Positions 1-12,721 of a stretch of DNA of 64,000 nt are shown in pieces. This DNA comes from Rhizodiscina lignyota (Eukaryota). Both the position numbers and the translations under genes were made by a program. The stretch is from contig ML978121.1 in NCBI GenBank assembly GCA_010015805.1, positions 3,782,001-3,846,000 on the forward strand. Direction: 5' to 3'. The notes under the pieces are model-generated. The model saw only the letters and a program-made list of their open reading frames with translations, ran no database searches and had not been told where the DNA came from. The first letter of the stretch is position 1, and each line of letters opens with the position of its first letter.

Positions 1-489
1 GACTGAACCGGTGGGTATCCAGGGTAACCACGGTCCAGGTTGGACGTACCTAACCGCAGGTGCGTTGAGTACCCGAATCGGATCACTGGATGCATGTTGC
101 TAGGGGAAGGGGAATCCTTGGCACAGACTAATAAACAGTTTCTCTGAAAATGCACACGCGTTAGGAATCATCGCTCCGTAAAATTCTGAGGCATTTTGTA
201 TGAGCATAAAGGTTAGCGCTTACAAAACGTTGGTCATGTTTTTCACATTCTCCACCGAAAGAGATTTTACGTCACCGTGGCCTGCCGAAACGCGCACTCG
301 TACGACAAGCACGGCCTCTTTCCTTCCTTCATCAACTATTTCGCCGCACAATGGAGACAAACATAGGAGTATGAATTTGAGGCCTTCACTCTTTCGGTCC
401 AAGTAACTTACATTGATACTTCAGATGTCCCACCTTGCCGTTCTCGACGACTTTCTTTAAACGTGTCCAATCCCTGGCGACGATCAACG

Positions 490-1836
490 ATGGCCAGGAA
501 CCGAATCTTCAAATCAAGACCGGCCCCTTTCGCTAATCGCGACGATGTTCAAGTGAAGGATGGGAAGATCTATGGGCCTCTAGGGCTCTTCAATCCGACG
601 CGCGCGCGATTTGCGCGAGTTGTCACCGCGGATGAGGCCGGGCAAACGCCCGCTAGTCAAGTGCAATATGAATGGCGATCCCGTGATAACAGGAAAGGTT
701 TGTCTGACTTGAACAATTTTGCAGAACTTTGACTATGAGATTGTGGCTAATATCAAGATGCAGGCCGACACGCGCTCATTATCCCGGCCGGCGCGACTGG
801 TGACCATCTACCACGCCCAACTTCGCGTCCTTCAGCGGTACTCCAGGGCATCGGACGCATGTTTACTACCTTTCCATGGTGGGACGTTTCCTTCCTCGTC
901 GCATTCTTCTTTTCCGTTGGATGCGCGATCTTCATTGTTTGCGGTCTCTTCTACTGGCTGCCTCTTGTTGCACCGAGCTCCGAGTTCCCGGATGAGGTCG
1001 CGACAGCCGGAGGTGTGACTTCTTTTATTGGAGGCACGCTATTCCAAATTGGCGCCATCTTTCTAGTAATCGAGGCGGTGAATGAAAATCAGACAGGGTG
1101 CTTTGGCTGGGAGCTCCAGCGGGTGCTGTCCAAGCACGGATCCAAATCCGAAAGCGCCAGTCTCCAGTACAGACCCGAGAAAGATAGTTGCCAGCACTCC
1201 CAAGCTTGTCATCAAGGCCTTTTAACGGCTACGCCTGGATCAAAAGTCTCCGATGCTCGTGTTCATCGAAAATGGACATGGTGGCCAACATGGCACGAAC
1301 TCCGGACGCACTACTTCCACGAGATTGGCTTCGTCAGCTCCTTCGTTGAATTTGTTGGTGCAACCATATTCTGGGTCAATACAATTCTTAGCTTGCCCGG
1401 TGCCTTCAACCACCTGAGTCAGGGTGTGCTTTGGGGTTTATACTGGCTGACCTATCTCGTCGGCGGCGTATTTTTCATTATTGCTTCTGGTCTGTACTTG
1501 CTCGAAACTCAGCCGAATTGGTACACACCTGCACCCCACTTGCTCGGATGGCATATTGGCTTTTGGAATATGATTGGCTCGGTTGGGTGGACATTGGCGG
1601 CGTCTTTGGGGTACGTAAACGCTCAGCTCATTCTGAGGCGTTATTGGCGTCTCGCGTAGCCTTATGAACATTATTGCTCACACCTTTACAGGTACTGCAA
1701 TCTGTCCGGTTGCGAATATCAAAGTGACTTGACCTTGATCTGGGCTTCCGTCGCCTTCTTGATCGGAAGCCTTCTTCTGTGGTATGAGGCCTTGAACAAG
1801 TATCCGGTGGAACGAGAAAGGGCACACAAGTCTTGA
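490..1836 (+). CDS. Fungal integral membrane protein of unknown function (3 exons: 490-697, 764-1610, 1692-1836)
   Basis: ORF pieces join in frame across GT..AG introns 698-763 and 1611-1691. The product has several hydrophobic W/F/G-rich transmembrane segments. Stop TGA at 1834-1836. Confidence 0.75.
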
Positions 1837-2018
1837 AGTCCGCATTGGTAAAAGTTGAAAGATTATTAATTCGATATGTACAATTATTGACGCGCACATG
1901 TAACTCTATGATGCACGTCTAAACTAGGATTCAACTACCATTCTCAAAGAGGAGATTCTCACAATTATCGCCATGTGCATCCAGATCCAAGAGTCCAAAA
2001 AGCGCCAGCCTCTAGATT

Positions 2019-5000
2019 CTAAGAACTCTCAGTCTTGTCTTGTTCTCGATCCTCCTCCATTAATCCCATTGCTCTTTCTTTCAACAGATCCAATATGCTC
2101 TTCCGCATCTCTGAATCATCCTCTTCTTCTTCGGGGATATGGCCTTCAGGCTTTTCTACCTGCTCCTGTCCGGTAGAATTGGCACCCGCATCCTGGTGAA
2201 CCTCTTCGTCTTTGCGGAAAGCTTCGTCCTCATGGACTAGTTCACTGGCGGCAACTTTCTCATCACTAGCGGCTGGCTCATCGCTGTGGACCTGAAGAGG
2301 TAGATCTTGTTCATGTGGCAAATGTTTGTAGGCGTCTCCTTCATCTTGCTTAGTTGCTTCATTTCCCATAGCGGAATGACCACTCTGTGGCTCGACTGGA
2401 TCTGAGGGAGCATCGACGTTGGGGGAATCTATGTTAGTTTCTCCCTCAGTCTGGTTGCTCGTGTGTTTCTCAGGGAAATCTTCCTCCAACTCTCCTTTGT
2501 TTTCGATGTTTGCATGTTTATCGGAAGATCCCTCATCATGCTCTTCCTCTGGGTGGCTTGTGTCTTGATCAGAGTGTCCAGTATGCGACTCGGTTTGATC
2601 TGGAATTTCGGCAGATGGCACCGATTCCACTGCAGCAGGTTCTTGCGATTTTCCAACTTCCGTTGCTGAACTCTCGTGAGCGGTAATATCATGAACGTCA
2701 GAGGGTTGCTCCGCTGGGATTTCTTTGGGCGCCGGTTCAATCGTTTCATGTTCCGGAGATTCTGTAGGTGAGACCACAACAGCACTGTCTGGATGCTTTT
2801 CTTGGCTCTCTTCTTCATGTTGCACAAGTTCCCAATCATCAGCAACAGTGTGTTCTCCGCTTTCATGTTCAACCTCTTCAGCGGCCTTCTCGTCAGTCGG
2901 CTCTTCGTGGTTGCCAGACTCTCCCCGAACATCTTCCTCTGCGTAGCTTGTGGATTCTGCTTTCGCAGCGGATTCCTGCTCTTTGTCTTTGCTAACCTGT
3001 TCGTGCTGGTCATCACCGGCCGTTTCGTCGTGTTTATCATCCTCTTCGTGTGGTTCGTTACCAATGGATTCCTGATGTGATTGATCAGTAGATTCGTTGG
3101 CTGCCTCTTGCTCCGTTTCATCAGCAGGGCCGTCTGTCTCTTCATGCGTGACTGGCATTTCAAATCGCACACGCTTCTCACTTCTAGGCGTCAACGGTGA
3201 AGAGGCGCGCTGTTCCCAGCCAGTAGGCTCATTATCTGTACTAGCGTGTCCGTTGAGTGCAGCAGCTCCCTCAGTTTCAATGTGCTGCTGCTCATTTCTC
3301 GTCTCTTCTCCATTGCCAGTCTGTTCCTTTATTGCAGTTGAATCTTCGGTGATGGGTTCTTCTTCGGTTCCAATGTTCTCCGCCTCATGGGTATGTCCTT
3401 CGGTAGCAGAGCCGTCTCCGGGACTGGCATGCTCTTCAATTCCAGCTTCCGGCACCTCATGGACTTCTGCAGTGGCGTTATCGCGGCCCTCAACCTTTTC
3501 ATCTCCTTGGGTCGATTCTCCAGGAACTTCGAGAGTTTTGTCGGTACTGGAGCGATCTTCATGAGCACCGGTGTTGTCTGCAGACGCTTCATCACCGGCC
3601 TCTGCTTCAGGCCCCGCGCGACTTTCGCTCTCTACAGAAATTACATCATGCTCCGTTTCGGGTGCGACTTCCTCTGATCCTTTTCCCAGGGCATTTGTTT
3701 CAGGGACTGCCTCTGGTTCATGCACGGCTTCTGGTTCTGGTTCGTGAACAGCCTTTAGCTGAGCAAGCTCTGCCTTTGGCTCTGGTTCATGAGCGAGCTC
3801 TTCCGCGATAGCAGGGTCTTCCTCGTGAGCGGGCTCTTCCTCGACAGCGGGGTTTTCCACGTGAATAGGCTCTTCCTCGTGAGCGGGCTCTTCCTCGACA
3901 GCGGGTTCTTCCTCGACAGCGGCCTCTTCCTCAACAGCGGGCTCTTCCTCAACAGCGGCCTCTTCCTCAACAGCGGGCTCTTCCTCAACAGCGGGCTCTT
4001 CCTCGATAGCGGGCTCTTCCACGTGAATAGGCTCTTCCTCGTAAGCGGGCTCTTCCTCAACAGCGGGGTTTTCCACATGAACAGGCTCTTCCTCGACAGC
4101 AGGGGTTCCCTCGAGAGCAGGCACTTCCTCGTGGGCAGGCGCTTCTTCGACAGCAGGCGTTTCCTCGTGAGCTGGCGCTTCTTCCTCGTGAGCTGGTCTT
4201 TCCTCTAGTTCGTGAGCCGCCTCTATGGCTGGCTGTGGTTCTGGCTCGGGAGGCTCATGACTTTCTACAACAACTTCTGGGTCGCGGGCAGCTTCGCTTG
4301 GCTTTTGCATGCCCTCTGTGACTTCCTCCTTAGCATTATGTGGTGCCTCCTCGACGCTTTGACTTTCGGCTTGCTCAGTAGCGCTCTCGTGGGAGACCTC
4401 ATTTCTTGCCTCTGGCGAGATTTCTGCATCCTTTTCTATTGATGCCAGCACCGGGGCAGGTTGCTGTTCTGCAGAAGGCTCTTCCTCTTGCTGTTCGCTA
4501 GATTCAGTCTCGGGGCCTGCTGGCTGATGTTCTGCAACTTGATCGGACACAGGTTCCAGCTTTTGCTCGCTAGAAGTGCCATGTTCATCGGCCGGAACTA
4601 TTTCGTCTGGGACCTGGTTCGACACATCTCCCATATCTTCGTGCGAGCTGGGGGTTGCTTCTTCGTTTTGCATGACCTCTGCCTCATCCGTGGGCTCGAT
4701 ATGTTCTCCAATATCTGCGATTTCGGCACCTTCTGCAGTGTCTTTTTCAGCCTTCTCAACTTCAAGATCATCAGTCTCATGAATTTGCTCTTGAGCATCG
4801 TGTTCGGTGTCGCCTTCCGTGTCATGGGGAGCGTCTTCGACATGGTCATCGGCTTGGGACGCTGACGGCTCAGCAGGTTCTTCAGCATGTTCTTGCTTAG
4901 GTTCATCATGTTTATCCGCAGGAACATCTCCACTGTAAGTTGCACGGGTTTCGGCTTCGGGGATATTGCTTGGCTCTGGATGAATTGCCTCTTCGGGATG

Positions 5001-8000
5001 TGGTTCTTCTGTGACACGGTCAGGTGGAGATTGTGAGATTGTGTCATGCTCAGCTTCGGTGCCCTCAGGCAGACTGTTCTCTGTGGGTTCGGCATCGCGT
5101 GCCGTCGGGGTCTCAGTAGTTGGACCTGCGACAGCTTCCGATTCCTCATGGACTTGTGTGTCGTCTGTCTGGGCTTCCGCTGGCTTTTCTGCCGCCACAG
5201 TCTCCTCTATGTCTCGACTGGAGGATGTGGGCTCGATGTCGTCATTGTCGACACTGCTGGAAGTCGCCTCGCCCGATTCGGTGTCCTGACCAAGGAGGTG
5301 TTTAGTCGGTGAGAGAACACCCTTCTCAATGTCATGGACAATCCCTTTAACCAATGTGTCCGGCCTTGTCGTGGCTGGATCATCTTCCAAGTTTTCACTG
5401 TCGCCTTCGACGGCCTCAGAATGTTCCGGAACTTGTTCCGGAGCATGTTGAGTTTCTTGAGCGTCACTAGGTGCATCTGAAGTATGCGCCACCTCCTCCA
5501 AAGGCTCTTTCGCTGAGACATCCCGTGCCTGCTCAACGTCCTCCTCTTTTTCAGTTTCGGTGTTAGGTTCAGCGGCGTGCTCAAACGATTCTGGTTCCTC
5601 TGTTGCAGTATGCTCTGAAACCGCGGGTAGACTTGATTCTGGTTCTGCTGCTTGGCTGTCCCGTGCATGCTCGATGGTAGTTTCGTCTTCATCGATAGGT
5701 ACAGGTTGATGAACCTCTTCGGTAGAAGGCGCGTCAGCTTTCTGAGACGTTTCAGCTTTTTCGTTAGTGCCTTCTATCTTATTTCTTTCGGTTTCCAGGG
5801 GAATATGCTGTTGGTCAGCTTCGTCTACAGTACTTGCGGGAGGTTGCATCTCGTGGCTTTCGGTCTCAGCACTTTCAGCACTTTCCAATTCCCGGCTCTG
5901 ACTAGGAGCATGAGTGGCGTCTGCTGAAACATGTTCTTCTACCTGTTGCGATTCCGTGACTGGTGCTTCCTCGGCAATTAAAGTATCATCCAAACTGCCT
6001 TGAGATTGCTCAGGGGGTTGTTGCTCTGATGTTGTTGCTTCAGCTTCCTCATTCACCACATCTGCAGCAGGGGCATCGCTCTCCGCTGGTGCAGCACCTC
6101 CGCTTTCAGTGGTCTCCGCGTCCGGTTTCTCATGTGAAATGGCTTCAGCAGCTACTGGTGCAGGAGCTGCAGTATCTGGATCATCGTGCACATCACTCGT
6201 CTCCGGTACTCCGGACGGCTCTACAGCCTTGCCAAGATCAGGCTGTTGTTCTTCCCAGTCGACAGAGGTGGAGGGCTCGAATGATGCTGATTTTGGGGAT
6301 GTCTCCTCGGAGGTTTCGTGCGAAGGAGCAATATCGCCGGCATGGTGCTCATGGTGCTCCTCTTCTTCGTGCATTTCGGCTAGATCTTGTTCTATTTCGC
6401 GTTGCTCTCGTTCTGTGGTTGCTTCAGTGTGAGCTGCAGAATCTTTAGGCAACTCTGGCCCTTTACGCTGCAACTCGACACCTTCTGCGTGCGGTGGCGG
6501 GATATCATCCAGCTCTGGATGTTGAACGTTAGGTTCCTCAATCGCATCTCCACGTTCTATGTCGTGCGATGCTGAGTGCTCCACAGGCTCCTCCTTTGGC
6601 GCAGGGACAGCACTACTATCTGGCTCATCTGGCTCATCTGGATGTTCTTGGATTGCACTTGGGGCGGTATCGAGATCACGTTCGGTGTGAGCGACTTCTT
6701 CATGCCCTGGGCCGGCGGAAGTTGGGATATCGCATTCTTGCTCGGATAGTTTCTGTTCAACCGCTTCAGAAGCACCCGGGCCCTTGTGATCGCTCTCCAT
6801 GTCCTCGTGTCCTGGAATTTCTCTTGCAGTTGTATCCAATGCCTCTGGCGCTGGTTCGGCATGTGAGGACTCTACCTCCTTTTCTGCACCTTTTTCAGAC
6901 TTTGACGCTTTATGACCCTTCAGCGCTTCTTCAGCAGCGAGCTTGGCCGCTTCAGCAGCTGCTAACTTCTCTGCGAGGTCTGCCAATTGGGATTTCGTAG
7001 ACTCGTGGTCTTCGGCGTCCTTCTCCAGCGCAGCGATACGGGTCTGGGCATCGTTGAGTTCAGATTTTGTCTGCTCGTGGCCCGAACTTGTTTGTTCAAG
7101 TTCTGCAAGTTTCGACTTTGCAGAATCGAGGTCGGTCCTTATTGAAGAAAGCTCAGACTTAGTTGACTCGTGCGTGGTCGCCGCAGCTTCGAGTTCCGCA
7201 ATCTGTGATTTCGCAGACTGTAGTTCTGACATTGCAGTCTCATGCTTCACAGCATCGGCTTGCAGCTGCTCAAAATGTGACTTGGTAGTTTCCAATTCCG
7301 ATCGCGTGGCTTCGTGTGCTGTTGCAGCCTCCTCAAGTTCTGTGATATGTGATTTGGCAGACTGAAGATCGGATATTGTAGCCTCATGCTGCGCGGCGTC
7401 GGCTTGCAATTGCTCTATATGTGACTTCTTAACCTCCAACTCTAATTGCGTAGCTTCGTGTACTGCCGCAGCAGCCTCGAGATCTGCCAGGCGGGATCTT
7501 GCGGATTCAAGGTCAGATTTCGTAACCTCGTGCGTGGCAGCGTCAGCGTGCAGAGTTTCTAACCGCGACTTCGCAGCGTCCAATTCTGACCGCGTAGTCT
7601 CATGTGCTAATACGGCAGCCTCGAGGTCTGCAACACGCGATCTGGCGGATTCGAGATCTGATTTGGTAACATCGTGCGCCGCTGCATCAGCATTCAATTG
7701 CTCGAGTTGCGCTTTTACGCCGTCTAGTTCTGACCGGGTGGCCTCATGTACTGTAGCGGCAGCCTCTAGCTCTGTAACGCGAGATCTGGCAGATTCAAGG
7801 TCAGACCTTGTAACCTCATGGGCTGTAGCATCAGCTTGCAATTGCTCAAGCCGTGCCTTTGCGTCGTCCAGTTCAGAGCGCGTGGCCTCGTGCGTATTCA
7901 CAGACTCCTCCAACTCGACCAGTCGTGTCTTGGCGGTCTCAAGCTCGGCCATACTGGCGTTGCGGGTTCCCACATCGCTCTCTAGTTGCTCAACTCGTGA

Positions 8001-11000
8001 CTTAGCGGCTTCAAGTTCGGTGCGCGTAGATTGGTGGGTAGCTACAGCGGTCTCCAATTCCGCCACGCGAGTGGCAGAGCGCTCCAGTTCGGATTTCGTT
8101 GCTTCGTGAGTTTCCCGGTCGGTCTCCAGTTGCTCTAGTCGTGTCTTTGCCGTGTCGAGCTCTTCGCGGGTGGATTCGTGCGTAGTTGCAGCTGTTTCCA
8201 GATCTACGAGGCGTGCAGTTAGGCGTTCCAACTCTGATTTCGTTGCCTCATGGACTTCTTTGTCACCCTCGAGCCGCCCAACTTGTGCCTTGGCCGTGTC
8301 GAGCTCTGCGCGTGTAGATTCGTGCATAGCTTCTAATTCGGCGAGACGCTGTGTTGATCGTTCGAGGTCAGACTTGGTTGCTTCATGACCTTCTATGTCA
8401 TCCTCGAGCTGTTCAACTCGTGCTTTCGCAGCTTCAAGCTCCGCACGTGTAGATTCATGAGTAGCCGTAGCAGCATCAAATTCGGTGATGCGTGCAGTGG
8501 AGCGCTCCAACTCCGACTTTGTTGTTTCATGACTTTGAGCGTCACTTTCAAGCTGCTCTACTCGCGTTTTCTCAGCCTCGAGCTCCGAGCGTGTAGATTC
8601 GTGTGCAGCTGTAGCAGCAGCAATAGCAGCCTCCAACTCCGCAACACGCGCAGTTGATTGCTCGAATTCGGATTTAGTTGCTTCGTGGGCTTTTGCATCG
8701 CTTTCGAGCTGCTCCACTCTAGCTCTCGCAGCTTCGAGTTCCGAGCGTGTAGATTCGTTTGTGGACTCGTGTACTGATGTAATAGCCTCCAGCTCACTAA
8801 CACGCGCAATGGCCCGTTCCAGCTCTGTCTTCGTCGATTCGTGGCTTTGTGCATCGTTTTGAAGCTGCTCCAATTCAGCCCTCACAGCCTCAAGCTCCGA
8901 CCGTGTGGATTGGTGTGCAGCTACATCAGCTTCCAATTCACCAACGCGCGCGGTTGATCGCTCTATCTCAGCCTTATGGGTTTCTGCGTCGTTTTCGAGC
9001 AGCTCCAATCGTGCCTTCGCTCCATCATGGTCCGCCTCAAGCGCCGAGCGCGTGGATTCATGTGCAGCGGCACTTGCTTCTAATTCGCCAACACGTGCAA
9101 TGGACCGCTCCAGCTCTGCCTTTGTTGACTCGTGGAGCTTGACATCATCCTCGGATGTCTGCAATCGCGCCTTGGCCGCCTCGAGACCCGCCTTTGCGGT
9201 ATCGAGCTCTGCTTTCGTCGATTCATGCAAGCTTGCATTTTCCTGAAGTTGAGCAATCTTCGTGCTAGCCGAATCGAGGTCAGATTTCGTAGCCGCATGA
9301 GCTTCGAGAAGTCGTGCGATTTCCTCTTCGTGGGCGGTTTCCGTCCCCTCGACGGCCGACTTGTTGGTTTGCAATTCGATCTCCAATTGCTCGATTTGCG
9401 CCCTGGCGGCACTGAGCTCATCTTTCGTTCCAGCAAGCGCCGCCTGGATTTCCTCGTGAAGAGCATGGTTCTTATTCTTGGCATCAAGTTGGCTTTGGAG
9501 TTCTTCTTCTAACGATGCGACACGACTTTCCGCAGTAGCAAGATCCGCCTTGGTCGTTCCGTGGCTTGTGACTTCTTCATTGAGGAGATCTGTTCCTCGC
9601 TTAGTCTCAGCTTGCAGTGAATCTGAGTGACCATCAATGTCTTTCTGCATAGAGAGAACCAGCTCGTGCGCTTTGTCTAGCTCAGCTCTTGTGCCATGGT
9701 GGCCTTCGATCTCTTCCTTCAATTTCTGAATCTCAGCCGTTGCTTCGTCCAGTTGGGCTTTTGTCGCTTCATGGCCATCCAGTGAGCGCTGAAGTGTTTC
9801 AACCTGGGCTGTGCGATCTTCCAAATCGCTCTTCGTGGTAGCATTGCTCTCGATTTCTAACTTCAGCGTCCGAATTTCCAAGGTGGCTTCTTCAAGTTGA
9901 GTTTTCGTTGCGTCGTGATCGGCTAAAGACCGCTGCAGTTCTTCGACCTGAGTGGTGATTCTAGCTCCCAAATCGCTCGTCGTGGTGGTATGGTTCTCGA
10001 TTTCCACCTTCAGTTTTTGAATTTCCGAGGTAGCCTCCTCAAGCTGAGCTTTCGTCGTCTCATGGCCATCTGAAGACCGGAGTAATTCTCCGATGCGGGT
10101 TTCCAAGTCGTTCTTTGTGTTGGCATGGCCATCGAGTTCTTCTCTCAGCTTCTGGACTTCCACAGTGATTTCCTCAAGCTGAATTTTTGTCGTTTCGTGG
10201 CCTTCCAAAGATCGCTGTAGTTCCTTGACTTGAGCGCCGTGGGCTTCTAAGTCAGCCTTGGTAGCAGCATGCCCTTCGATTTCAGTTTTCAGTCTGTGGA
10301 CTTCCAAATTGACTTCGTCGTGGGAGCTTTGAAGCTGCTCGAATTCAGCATTTCGTGCCTCAAGGTCCTTTGCCACGGTGGCATTGCTCTCCAGTTCAGA
10401 CCGAAGTCGTCCAATCTCGGACTTCGCCTCCTCATGTTGTGCTTCCAGCGCTGTAAAGCCTGCGATGAGTTCATTAAGACGCTGTAATTCCAACTGCGCT
10501 CCGTCGAGTTCAGCTTTCATCGCTTCATGTCCGTCTAAAGACCGCTGTAGATCTTCAGCTCGTGCGGTCCAAGTTTCTAAGTCGGTCTTATACGTCGCAT
10601 TGCCCTCGACTTCAGTCTTTAATCGATCGATTTCGGCACTCGCTTCGTCAAATGAGACTTGTTTTGCAGACCAGTCGGCGATGTCTTTCTCTAGTGATTG
10701 AATCTTTCCGAGAGCAGCTTCCAAGTCTGATTTTGTCGTCCCGTGCTCGCTTTCCAGTTGCTCCCTAGAAGTCGCAGCAGTTGATAACGACTCCTCGGCC
10801 GCAGCGAGCTTTTCCCTGATTGAATCGTGTTCTGTTTGCAGCTCTTCCAACTTCTTGACCGCCGCCGCAGAGGCTTCATCGTTACTCGAAGCAGAATTTC
10901 TCGCTGCTTCAAGTGCCTCGTTCGATGCTTGACGCTCCTTGTCCAGAATAGCATCTGCCTCGGACAGCCTGCTAGCTGCATCCTCTAGTTTAGCCCTCAT

Positions 11001-12721
11001 CTCACTGAGTTCAACTTCCTGCGCAGACTTTGACGATTCCAGAGCTTCTTTTGCGCTTGCAAGATCTGCTTCCAAAGCTGCAGTCTTCTCTGCGATTGCT
11101 CCATCACGGCCCTCGTCAAAGGTTGCCTTGCTTGCTTCCAGCTCCGCAATGATGGCGACTTTAGAATCCAAGTCGGTATTTCGTGATTCCAAATCTACCT
11201 TTGTTGCGTTGAGCGCATCATGAGCTTCTCTGAGCTGGTTCTCCGCTGCCGTTAGGCGGTCTTGGATATCCGTTGGAGCGGAACGGAGGCTTGCAGCCTC
11301 TGCCTCCAGAGCTAAGAGCTTCGCGTTCAGTTCGTCATTGGTGGCTTTCGAATCGGCAATTGCCTTCTCTAATACGTCCCGCGCAGCTGAATGTTCTCCT
11401 GTGGCTTGCTCTCCTGACTTCTTGGTACCCTCAAGCTCCTCTTGCAACCTTGCAATTTCAGCATCCAGACTGATTTTGACACTGGCATGTGCGGCCTGGG
11501 CTTCTTCCAGAGCCCTCGAAGCGCTTTCAGGATGCACCTGCGCGTCCTCTGGGGTTTGAATCGCGGCAGACGAAACAGCTTGAAGCTGCGACTGCATTGC
11601 CTCCAATTCTTCCCTTAGAGTCGCGAGCTGTGCCTCGAGATCCTTCTGGAGAGCATTAGCCTCATCCAATTCCTCCCTGAGAGCATCTCGTTCGGCCTCC
11701 AGTGCTTCCAGTTTCGGTCGGAGGTCCTCGATAGTGGATGATGGCTCGTCCACCTCACGAATAGTCCCAAGAGCTGAAGCCAGAGGCTTTTCTGAGGTCG
11801 GGGATGATGGCGTGGACCGGCGACGTTCAGTCTTCAACTGGTCATTGACACGTGCTAATTCCGCCTTGAGTGCATCCACTTCTCTCTCTACCTGGCTCTT
11901 TAATTGTTCGGTGAGCGCAGCAGACAAGTCTATCTGCTCAGTCAACACAGCGAGACGCCTCTCATGATCTTGCTCCATCGATTTCTTCCGAAGTCAGCAT
12001 AAGCTCCACTGTGACAGAGTTCCCAACACCTACAATTTTGTCCTGATATTCTCTATCAGACGACGCCTTCCCCGACTCCCGTCCAGCTTGTCTAGCATCT
12101 TTGATGTGTCCCACAACTTCCTCGGCAATCAGTTCTTCCAACGTCTTTTTCCTCTTGATAACCGGGAGGATGTCATCCTGCTCCCTCAGCAGAGACCTGG
12201 CATGCTCCAACTCCTCCCGCAATTTGTCCATCTCCGCACGCATGTCCGCCATTCTGGGGCTGCTGTGGACATCTTTGAGCAGAATGTTCTGCCCAGGTCG
12301 TTTCAAGCTGGAAGAATGTTTTGGGGAGTTGGTCGGGGATGTTCCGATTCCAGAATCTCCTCTTTTGCGGGTAGACGATGGTATAACGGCGTCAGAAGAG
12401 ATCGAGCGATCGACAGCCGGCGGGACTGACCGAGCAGGGCCAGGCGTGGAGGGGGAGCGGATGGGTCCAGGAGTTCCGGACCGCTTTTCGACTCTATCCC
12501 TTTGGGATAGTGCTTTTGATGAAGTGGGAGATCTGGCAGTGAGACCCGGCGTGCTGCTCCTCTGCCTCACTGGGGTTTGACGGCCTGATGTGCCGCTTCG
12601 GCCGTGTCTACTGGTTGTTAATGACGCATTCCGAGTAATAGCAGGCGTTATATACTTTGGACTGCGTGGAGCGGACATACCCAGAGCTTTTCTGATTTCG
12701 GCTCTTGAAGAGACTCTTCAT
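2019..12721 (-). CDS. Giant (~3500 aa) protein: basic S/T/P/R-rich N-terminus, long coiled coil, acidic low-complexity C-terminal half
   Basis: The 3319-aa ORF joins upstream exons via introns 11985-12033 (gtaggt..gctgac..aag) and 12611-12680 (gtatgt..cattaac..cag). Likely ATG at 12721 (MKSLFKSRNQKSSG). Confidence 0.85.
3800..4200 (-). repeat. Coding minisatellite, 18-nt unit encoding EEEPA(V/H) hexapeptides
   Basis: Repeated gcgggctcttcctc(a/g)aca units on the + strand; the translation reads EEEPAV/EEEAAV/EEEPAH in tandem. Confidence 0.9.
7000..10560 (-). repeat. Degenerate 72-nt (24-aa) coding repeat array, H-E-x-T-(K/R)-S-E-L..., with alternating A/B units
   Basis: His codons recur at about 72-nt spacing (e.g. 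near 7530, 7602, 7674, 7746, 7818, 7890). Units resemble HESTKAELERSIARVGELEASAAA. Confidence 0.85.

Noticed and set aside
1..130. GC-rich stretch with short palindromic words at the window start
   Set aside because: No tRNA, terminal repeat or ORF structure can be supported, and the context is cut by the window edge.
3800..4100. Regular short repeats that superficially resemble a CRISPR array
   Set aside because: There are no unique spacers, the repeats are in-frame coding sequence, and the genome is eukaryotic.
2429..12580. Many antisense and alternate-frame ORFs (Ser-, Leu- or Arg/Lys-rich) overlapping the giant gene
   Set aside because: They are shadows of the biased, repetitive codon usage of the real minus-strand CDS.
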